This document shows, one piece after another, positions 7,186-13,790 of a stretch of DNA of 24,000 nt. Position 1 is the first letter of the stretch. The number at the start of each line of letters is the position of its first letter. The stretch is from Balneolaceae bacterium (lineage in GTDB: Bacteria > Bacteroidota > Rhodothermia > Balneolales > Balneolaceae). The notes under the pieces are model-generated. The model saw only the letters and a program-made list of their open reading frames with translations. It was not told the origin of the DNA and did not search any database. The stretch is taken from assembly GCA_965212165.1 (NCBI GenBank), contig OZ243096.1, positions 2,850,048-2,874,047 of the forward strand. Direction: 5' to 3'. The position numbers and the translations under genes are program-made.

Positions 7186-7710
7186 ATCGACCACAAAAGT
7201 TACATATTACTCCTTCTGCCGATTCTATTCATTTTTATAAGCTGTAGAGGATCGAATCAACTTTCACAATCAAACTCACAAGAACAAATTGCTTCTAACG
7301 AAGATGTAGCCAATTCTACAGAAGTTCCTGTTCAAACACGTGAAGATAGCGCTTTGGCTAGAAGAAATGCGTTAGTCGAAGTTTATAAAGATGAACTGAA
7401 CGAAATTTATAGAGCAGATGCTAATGGTATCATCTCCTATTATATACTAGCTCAACAACGCTTTTATAATGGAGATTATCAGAATGCACTTATTTACGCA
7501 AATAGGGCCGCAAATATCAAAGAAAATGCTGATATATTAGCTTTAAAAGGTAGTATTTACTTAGGATTAGGATTGAATGAAAACTTTGTTGCAAATTGGA
7601 GACAAGCTCTAGAGTTAGACCCTGACGTTCCTCTCCCAATTTCACCATATATTATTCAACAATTACAATTGAACGGATTAATTGATGCAAACCTAAAAAA
7701 AGCTTTTTAG
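7186..7710 (+). CDS. Lipoprotein with a TPR-like module paralogous to the C-terminus of the usher-like protein
   Basis: The ORF track gives 7354..7710 from a TTG, and that is the conservative call. The frame is open from 7150 and encodes a textbook lipoprotein signal (..KIDHKSYILLLLPILFIFISC|RGSNQ) followed by a low-complexity linker. There is no ATG, GTG or TTG before 7354. The start is tentatively placed at the ATC at 7186. The stop TAG at 7708-7710 is firm. The TPR-like part (7423-7653) is YILAQQRFYNGDYQNALIYANRA...ALKGSIYLGLG...ANWRQALELDPDVPLP. Confidence 0.55.
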   Translation: MDHKSYILLLLPILFIFISCRGSNQLSQSNSQEQIASNEDVANSTEVPVQTREDSALARRNALVEVYKDELNEIYRADANGIISYYILAQQRFYNGDYQNALIYANRAANIKENADILALKGSIYLGLGLNENFVANWRQALELDPDVPLPISPYIIQQLQLNGLIDANLKKAF

Positions 7711-7722
7711 GTAAGATTACTG

Positions 7723-8520
7723 ATGAAAACATCCATACTAAACATATTAAGCTTTCTAGTTTCTATTGTAATCCTTATATGGGGATCAGTGCTTGTGATG
7801 GGGTTTGCCGAATATAATCTAATCCCTCCTATTTATGACTTTTTGAATATCCCTAGTTTAGCTATTGTATTTGGCGGCATTTCAGCTAGTGTATTTATTA
7901 GCTATCCATTTAAACAAGTTGTAACTGCTTTAAGAGCGAGTATGCGTCTTTTTTCTCATAGTACCATCACCGATGAAGTACTTGAACGTGATATTGATTT
8001 AATTTTGGAGTGGCAAAAAAAAATTAATACCAATAAGATTCAAGCCGTGGCAACTCTTAGTCAGCAGTATGAAGATAAATTTGAGGGTTATCTATTTTCC
8101 GTACTTGATACCAATTATAGTAACGAAGAGCTTCGTGAGTTAGGAGAAATAAACATAACTGAGAATTACACTCGTCAACAACAAATTACTCAAATCATAT
8201 CAAGTATGGGTAAAACATCTCCTGTTTTTGGTATGCTTGGAACTCTATTTGGCTTAATTGTTATTCTCTCCGGTTTTAGTGAAGTAGAGTCTTTGTTAAC
8301 AGGATTAGGGGCTGCTTTAATGACCACTCTTTACGGTATTTTAATTGGGAACTTCGTTTTTACCCCAATGGCAAAAAAAATGGAAAGTACGGCTGCTTTA
8401 CAATATTTTAGAGAGAAACTTATTCTTGAAGGTATAATCCTAATTGAAGAACATAAAACTTCTCTACAGATATATGACCGCCTTCAAGCACATATGAGAA
8501 GAAATAAGTATACGATGTAG
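7723..8520 (+). CDS. MotA/PomA-like proton-channel stator subunit (4 TM helices)
   Basis: N-terminal pair of TM helices, including the MotA-like PSLAIVFGGISASVFISYP. A cytoplasmic loop of about 100 aa follows. Then comes the MotA/TolQ/ExbB signature SPVFGMLGTLFGLIVILSGF ... LGAALMTTLYGILIGNFVFTPMAKKME. The 12-nt gap to the upstream gene suggests co-transcription. Confidence 0.85.
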   Translation: MKTSILNILSFLVSIVILIWGSVLVMGFAEYNLIPPIYDFLNIPSLAIVFGGISASVFISYPFKQVVTALRASMRLFSHSTITDEVLERDIDLILEWQKKINTNKIQAVATLSQQYEDKFEGYLFSVLDTNYSNEELRELGEINITENYTRQQQITQIISSMGKTSPVFGMLGTLFGLIVILSGFSEVESLLTGLGAALMTTLYGILIGNFVFTPMAKKMESTAALQYFREKLILEGIILIEEHKTSLQIYDRLQAHMRRNKYTM

Positions 8521-8542
8521 ATCATTACTAGATACTTAAGAT

Positions 8543-10279
8543 TTGAAAGAAAACCGTATAAATAACTCCTATTCACTCTATCCAAAAGCCGCTGTTGAGG
8601 ATTTAGATGATGATAGTTGGCAAGTTAGCTACCTTGATATTATTACTATTATACTTGGCTTTCTTATAATACTTCTCTCCATTTCTCAAATTGCAAAACC
8701 TGAATTTTCCTCTCTTTCTACCGTATTTGGCAATTCTTCTGATAAAACTGAATTCATTACAACTCCTATTGAGGAAATTCAAGAGGAACTTGAATCTCTT
8801 TTACGAACGCAGATTGATGAAGGTAGATTAATTGTTTATAGAGATTTAAATGATATCCGAATCCGTTTAAAAGGCGATGATTTTTATAGTTCTGGTAGTG
8901 CCGATTTACAGGGTGAAGGATTAGATTTATTGAATCATGTGATACGAGCTTTTCAACAGACAGAGTACTCAGATTTTAATATCGAAGTTGAAGGACATAC
9001 AGATAATGTTCCTATTAGAACGGCCGGGTTTTCATCTAATTGGGAACTATCTACAGCAAGAGCATCAAACGTCGTCAAATATTTCGACCGCATGGGCCTA
9101 GAGCAAGAACGACTCAAAGCTTCAGGTTATGCAGATTCTAGACCCTTAGTTCAACTTGATTCATTCGGTAATCCTTTCGCTGCATCAAAAGAACAAAACA
9201 GAAGAATAGTTTTAAGATTGTACTACACTTCTGAAGGCCTAGAGAAAAGGGCAATTCAGCAAGCCCTTGCAGATAATCAAGAAGAGCTTATAAACGCCGA
9301 TGTTACTACTCCTGAACCTGACTCACAAACAGACCTAATTGCACAAGAATTACTTGCAATAAGTGCTTCTAACAATAATGAGAAGATTCCAGCTATTCCT
9401 GAAACAGTGGAAGAAGCTCCTACTCCTGTATTACAAGATGATCCAATTGAAGAAGTTGATCCAGTTCCAACTTCTGTTCCAGAACCTTTAAATTCAAATG
9501 AATTACCTAATATACCTTCCTTCCTAGATGGAAATATATCATGCAGTTTCATTATTCAAGTTGGTAGCTTCCAATCACTATCTTCTGGCTTTCAAGTTGC
9601 TAATAATGCAAAAATCCAAACAGGTTTAGATTTTGAGGTTGCTTCAAATGGCCGACTCTATTCAGTTCGATCAAACCCAACATCATCATTTTCTGAAGCT
9701 TTAACTTATCATAATGAAGTTAAAACGAAACTAAATGATTCAAATGTTGGGCTCATACATCAATGCTATGAAGGTGAACAAGAAATACCGTCAACACTAC
9801 AGTATCAAATTCAATTTGGAGCCTTCCAAAGTCAAGAAAATGCACTCAGCTATACAATTAGATTAGATAAGGAGTATCAGATTCAAACATATATGAATCG
9901 TCGATCCGAGACTTATAACATTGTAGCAGGTCCTTATGAAAGTAGAGAACGTGTATTGAGTCAACTTAGATCGTTTAAAGAAAAAGGTGTAAATGAAAAT
10001 ATCTTTATAAAACCGATTACTGAAAGTACATCCGACTATAAATATGCTTATCAATTACAACTGGATTCATTTAACTCAATTAATGAAGCACAAATTGTTT
10101 CAACACGAATAGCTGAAACATTAGGGATAGTTTCAACAGTTGCTAGATCTACTGATGGAACCTATCTTCTCTTAACAGATAGAACTTCTAATTGGGATGA
10201 AACCATTTCAAATTACGAACGATTTAAGTCTAGAGTACCTAGTTCAACTCCTGTCATCTATTTTCTAGAGTATATATAA
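8543..10279 (+). CDS. MotB-like stator subunit with an OmpA-type peptidoglycan-binding domain, a Pro/Glu linker and three C-terminal SPOR-like repeats
   Basis: TTG start. The TM segment SWQVSYLDIITIILGFLIILLS carries the conserved channel Asp (GAT at 8636-8638). OmpA_C motifs are present (VEGHTDNVPI...SNWELSTARASNVV...GYADSRP...NRRIVLRL, about 8825-9223). The linker TTPEPD...EAPTPVLQDDPIEEVDPVPTSVPEP follows. Three SPOR-like units lie at about 9542-10267 (FIIQVGSFQS...LYSVRSNP; YQIQFGAFQSQENA...YNIVAGPYESRE; YAYQLQLDSFNSINEA...YLLLTD). Confidence 0.85.
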   Translation: MKENRINNSYSLYPKAAVEDLDDDSWQVSYLDIITIILGFLIILLSISQIAKPEFSSLSTVFGNSSDKTEFITTPIEEIQEELESLLRTQIDEGRLIVYRDLNDIRIRLKGDDFYSSGSADLQGEGLDLLNHVIRAFQQTEYSDFNIEVEGHTDNVPIRTAGFSSNWELSTARASNVVKYFDRMGLEQERLKASGYADSRPLVQLDSFGNPFAASKEQNRRIVLRLYYTSEGLEKRAIQQALADNQEELINADVTTPEPDSQTDLIAQELLAISASNNNEKIPAIPETVEEAPTPVLQDDPIEEVDPVPTSVPEPLNSNELPNIPSFLDGNISCSFIIQVGSFQSLSSGFQVANNAKIQTGLDFEVASNGRLYSVRSNPTSSFSEALTYHNEVKTKLNDSNVGLIHQCYEGEQEIPSTLQYQIQFGAFQSQENALSYTIRLDKEYQIQTYMNRRSETYNIVAGPYESRERVLSQLRSFKEKGVNENIFIKPITESTSDYKYAYQLQLDSFNSINEAQIVSTRIAETLGIVSTVARSTDGTYLLLTDRTSNWDETISNYERFKSRVPSSTPVIYFLEYI

Positions 10280-10311
10280 AAAAAGCTTCCTGATATTCTC
10301 AAGAAGCTTTT
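10278..10311. terminator. Hairpin terminator shared by the convergent MotB-like and pdhC genes (stronger for the minus strand)
   Basis: AAAAGCTTCCTGA (10281-10293), loop TATTC, TCAAGAAGCTTTT (10299-10311), with one internal mismatch. On the minus strand the hairpin runs into a T7 tract (A run at 10278-10284 on the plus strand). On the plus strand only TTTT follows. Confidence 0.6.
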
Positions 10312-10331
10312 CATAAAATGTAGAAATTTCT

Positions 10332-11579
10332 TTAAAGTAGCATTGAAAGTGGATTTTCAATTAAATTCCTAACCGTGTTCAAAAATTGAGCTGCTTTTGC
10401 TCCATCTACAACTCTATGATCACTTGATAAAGTAACTTTCATTCTTTTACCCGGAACAATTTCACCATTCTCAATTACAGGTATATCTCTAATTGCACCA
10501 ACAGCAAGAATACAAGCATTTGGTGGATTAATTATTGCTGTAAACTCTTCAATCCCAAACATTCCAAGATTACTTATAGTAAATGTACTCCCTTCCATTT
10601 GGTCGGGTTGTAATTTTCGATCACGAGCAAGACCTGCTAGTTCACGTGTTTCTGCAGAAATTTGAGATAAGCCTTTTTTGTCAACATGATTTATAACAGG
10701 CGTCATTAAGCCTTCATCAATTGCTACTGCGATTGCAATATTTACGTCTCCATGCTCCATAATTACATCATCATGCCAAGAGCTATTAATTGCTTGATGT
10801 CGCGTTAGAGCAACAGCACAAGCTTTAACAACGATATCATTAAAACTGATCTTAACATCATTTGCATCATTCATTGATTTTCTAGCTTCAAAAGCAGCCT
10901 TCATATCAATGTCGATGGTTTCGTAAAAGTGAGGATTAGTAAATTTACTTTCTGAAAGTCTACGAGCAATAACTTTTCTCATTTGAGAAACCTTTATTTC
11001 TTTACTTTCAAGACTATCAAATGTTGGTGCTGGAGTAGATGCTGTTGCTACAGGTTTTGTTAGTCCAGAAGATGAACCTGCTTTGAAATCTTCAACATCT
11101 TTTTTAATAATTCTACCTTCAGGTCCTGAACCATTAACACCTGATAAATCAATACCTTTATCCTCAGCAATTTTCTTAGCTAGAGGTGATGCTTTTACTC
11201 TTCCATTATCTGATGAAGAGCTTGAAGAAGATGAACTTTCTTCCTTTACGGGTGCACTAGAAGTTTCCTGTTTAGTATTTTCAGTTTTTTCTGGCATAGA
11301 TGAAGCCTCATCTCCTTCAAGAAGTGCAGAGATATCTTCACCTTCTTCTCCAACTATAGCAATAATACCACCCAATGGAACGGCATCGCCTTCACCGGGA
11401 ACAATTTTTAAAATAGTTCCTCCATCAAAAACCTCAACATCCATAGTGGCTTTATCGGTTTCGACTTCCGCAATAATATCCCCAGCTTCTACTTTATCGC
11501 CTTCTTGTACATTCCATTTAGCAATAACCCCTTCTTCCATGGTATCGCTGAGTTTGGGCATTTCAATCTTAATTGCCAT
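10332..11579 (-). CDS. pdhC: Dihydrolipoamide acetyltransferase, E2 component of pyruvate dehydrogenase
   Basis: Lipoyl domain MPKLSDTMEEGVIAKWNVQEGDKV..AEVETDKATMDVE. Ser-rich linker. Subunit-binding domain SPLAKKIAEDKGIDLSGVNGSGPEGRIIKKDV. Catalytic DHRVVDG near the C-terminus. Confidence 0.95.
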   Translation of the reverse strand: MAIKIEMPKLSDTMEEGVIAKWNVQEGDKVEAGDIIAEVETDKATMDVEVFDGGTILKIVPGEGDAVPLGGIIAIVGEEGEDISALLEGDEASSMPEKTENTKQETSSAPVKEESSSSSSSSSDNGRVKASPLAKKIAEDKGIDLSGVNGSGPEGRIIKKDVEDFKAGSSSGLTKPVATASTPAPTFDSLESKEIKVSQMRKVIARRLSESKFTNPHFYETIDIDMKAAFEARKSMNDANDVKISFNDIVVKACAVALTRHQAINSSWHDDVIMEHGDVNIAIAVAIDEGLMTPVINHVDKKGLSQISAETRELAGLARDRKLQPDQMEGSTFTISNLGMFGIEEFTAIINPPNACILAVGAIRDIPVIENGEIVPGKRMKVTLSSDHRVVDGAKAAQFLNTVRNLIENPLSMLL

Positions 11580-11600
11580 AGTGTGCTTTATTGAGTGATT

Positions 11601-12584
11601 TTAATTTCTGTATGTAACTTGATTTACGGCATCAATAACCTGCTTAGTACTTGGGTACCAAGCATCAAATAATTTTTTTGAAAATGGGGCATTCACATCT
11701 GGAAGTGTCACCCTTTGTACTGGTGCATCCAAGTAATCAAATGCATCTCGCTGTATTAAAAATCCAACTTCAGATGCAAATCCAGCAAATGGATGAGCTT
11801 CATCAACTACTACACAGCGATTCGTTTTCTTGATGGATTCAATAATTAAAGGTAGATCAAGAGGTTTAACTGTTCTAGGGTCAATAATCTCACATTCAAT
11901 ACCATCTTTGGCAAGTTGCGTTGCTGCCTGAACTGCTAAATGATACATTTTACCATGTGCAACAATAGTAACATCACTACCTTCACGTTTGATTTTACCC
12001 TTCCCTATTGGGATGATGTAATCTTCATCATCAGATACTGTTCCTTTTAACCCATACATCTGCTCAGATTCCATAAATAGAACTGGACTGTCGTCACGTA
12101 TAGCAGATTTCATCAATCCTTTTGCGTCATCTGGTTCTGAAACGTATATAACTTTGAGTCCAGGAAATTGTGCATACATTGAATCGTATGCTACAGAGTG
12201 AGTTGCTCCCAATTGACCAGCAGAAGCATTTGGACCTCTAAAAACGATTGGGCAATCAGCTTGTCCACCTGTCATGTACTTTACTTTTGTAGCATGATTA
12301 ATGATCTGATCTGCAGCCAAGACTGCAAAGTTGAAAGTCATAAATTCTACAATCGGACGGAGACCTTGCATTGCAGCTCCAACAGCTATTCCAGCAAAAC
12401 CTAACTCTGATATGGGTGTGTCAATAACTCTCTTAAATCCATATTTATCGAGTAACCCTTCAGTTACTTTATAAGCGCCGTTATATTCAGCTACTTCTTC
12501 ACCCATCACAAGCACACGGTCATCACGACCCATTTCTTCGTCTATTGCGTGCTTTATTGCTTCTCTAAATTGTAATTCAGCCAT
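11601..12584 (-). CDS. pdhB: Pyruvate dehydrogenase E1 component, beta subunit
   Basis: Typical transketolase-like E1-beta sequence (EAIKHAIDEEM..D..V.VMGEEV..Y.GAYKVT.GL..KYG..RVIDTPISE.GFAGI.VGAA). It lies between the E1-alpha and E2 genes. Confidence 0.95.
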   Translation of the reverse strand: MAELQFREAIKHAIDEEMGRDDRVLVMGEEVAEYNGAYKVTEGLLDKYGFKRVIDTPISELGFAGIAVGAAMQGLRPIVEFMTFNFAVLAADQIINHATKVKYMTGGQADCPIVFRGPNASAGQLGATHSVAYDSMYAQFPGLKVIYVSEPDDAKGLMKSAIRDDSPVLFMESEQMYGLKGTVSDDEDYIIPIGKGKIKREGSDVTIVAHGKMYHLAVQAATQLAKDGIECEIIDPRTVKPLDLPLIIESIKKTNRCVVVDEAHPFAGFASEVGFLIQRDAFDYLDAPVQRVTLPDVNAPFSKKLFDAWYPSTKQVIDAVNQVTYRN

Positions 12585-12602
12585 CTATCTATCTCTAAAA
12601 TT

Positions 12603-13703
12603 TTAAACGTGGAAGTAAGGATTCTCTTCAGCAAACATATCGTCGTACATCTCTTCTATCTCAGGAAAAGGAGATTCGTCGGCAAATTTCACAGAATCTA
12701 ATACTTCAGTATCAATCCGATCCTCTGCTTCTTTGAAATAATCATCATCAGCAATCTTATTTGTAAGGATATAATCCTTCATCTTTAGAATAGGATCGAT
12801 GTTTTGATACAATTCTAACTCTTCTTTGGTTCTGTATTTTTGTGGATCAGACATTGAATGGCCACGATAGCGATATGTTCTAATCTCCACAAACCAAGGT
12901 TCTGAATTTTCGCGTATATCATCTGCAATCTCTTTCATTTTCTCATATACTGAAAATGTGTCCATTCCATTAATAACTGCGCTTTTCATTCCATAGCCTT
13001 TTGCTCTATCAACGATTTCAGCAACCGTATGACGTTTAGCAGCAGTACCCATAGAGTACCCGTTATTTTCTACAACAAAAACTACTGGTAGCTTCCAAAG
13101 TTGGGCCATATTCATAGTTTCATGTAAAGCACCTTGATCCACAGCTCCATCACCAAAAAATGTAGCTGATATATTGCCAGTACCTTTATATTTGTTTCCA
13201 AAAGCAAGACCAGCACCGATAGGAATATGTCCCCCTACAATTCCGTAGCCGCCCCAAAAATGGTTCTCTGACTTTGCAAAGTGCATTGAACCACCTTTTC
13301 CTTTTGAACAGCCAGTAGCTTTTCCAAAGAGTTCAGCCATACCTTCATTTGGTGTAATTCCACGACACAATCCCCACCCATGATCTCTATAACCGGTTAT
13401 GATATCATCATTATCATCGAAGGCAAATACTGTTCCTGTAGAAATAGCTTCTTGACCTATATATAAATGTAAGAAGCCACCAAATTTTCCTTTTTGGTAT
13501 TGCTGCATAGCACGTTCTTCAAAACGACGTTGCAAATACATTTGCTCATACATCGCTTTCAAATCATCTTCTGAAAGTCCGAGAGCTTTATGCTTCTTTT
13601 TTGTAGCCGGTGGTAAATCTACCCCTTTTTGAACTACTCCGTCGTTTTCATCTCCAATTCCCCTAGGGGCAAATACTATATCGTCTTTAATTTTTGTTGC
13701 CAT
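12603..13703 (-). CDS. pdhA: Pyruvate dehydrogenase E1 component, alpha subunit
   Basis: Motifs GGFLHLYIGQEA, YRDHG, GKGGSMH, GIVGGHIPIGAG, FFGDGA..QG and YRYRGHSMSDP are typical of the heterotetrameric (mitochondrial/alphaproteobacterial-type) E1-alpha. The ORF track extends to a TTG at 13730; the ATG at 13703 (MATKIKDD) is preferred. Confidence 0.93.
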   Translation of the reverse strand: MATKIKDDIVFAPRGIGDENDGVVQKGVDLPPATKKKHKALGLSEDDLKAMYEQMYLQRRFEERAMQQYQKGKFGGFLHLYIGQEAISTGTVFAFDDNDDIITGYRDHGWGLCRGITPNEGMAELFGKATGCSKGKGGSMHFAKSENHFWGGYGIVGGHIPIGAGLAFGNKYKGTGNISATFFGDGAVDQGALHETMNMAQLWKLPVVFVVENNGYSMGTAAKRHTVAEIVDRAKGYGMKSAVINGMDTFSVYEKMKEIADDIRENSEPWFVEIRTYRYRGHSMSDPQKYRTKEELELYQNIDPILKMKDYILTNKIADDDYFKEAEDRIDTEVLDSVKFADESPFPEIEEMYDDMFAEENPYFHV

Positions 13704-13790
13704 GCTTATTCTTTTATTATCATGAACCAATTTTCAAGGCTCAAAATATATCTATTTTTTTGGAAGTTTTCGTGAACAGATTGAATTGAT

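Noticed and set aside
5406-10279. Reading the FliG-like, MotA-like and MotB-like genes as a fragment of an ordinary flagellar operon
   Set aside because: The FliG-like region is fused behind a signal/anchor, a short FliF-like segment and a TM helix. The flanking genes are pilin, chaperone, usher-like and TPR-lipoprotein genes, then pdh. No FliM/N, FliH/I/J, FlhA/B, rod, hook or flagellin gene is present. A canonical flagellar context cannot be fully excluded because the rest of the genome is unseen.
7723-10279. Reading the stator pair as TolQ/TolR or ExbB/ExbD
   Set aside because: The channel protein has two N-terminal TM helices and a cytoplasmic loop of about 100 aa (MotA/PomA layout). Its partner has a large OmpA-type peptidoglycan-binding domain like MotB rather than the small TolR/ExbD periplasmic domain. 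No TonB or TolA-like gene follows.
11211-11237. Run of nine Ser codons in pdhC as a possible hypervariable or slippage-prone repeat
   Set aside because: It is encoded by mixed codons (agt tca tct tct tca agc tct tca tca), so it is not a DNA repeat. It sits in the normal flexible linker between the lipoyl and subunit-binding domains of E2 proteins.
11083-11598. 171-aa plus-strand ORF opposite pdhC. Similar antisense ORFs occur at 223..465, 755..955, 4073..4291, 6083..6526, 9277..9552, 9863..10054, 11651..11833, 12198..12404, 14900..15184, 17531..18115, 17667..17966, 18785..19015, 21591..21836, 22553..22765, 22955..23203 and 23539..23778.
   Set aside because: All lie entirely inside longer ORFs on the other strand or frame that have clear family motifs or signal peptides. 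Their translations are low-complexity or Ser/Pro/Ile-rich shadow sequences with no recognisable motifs.
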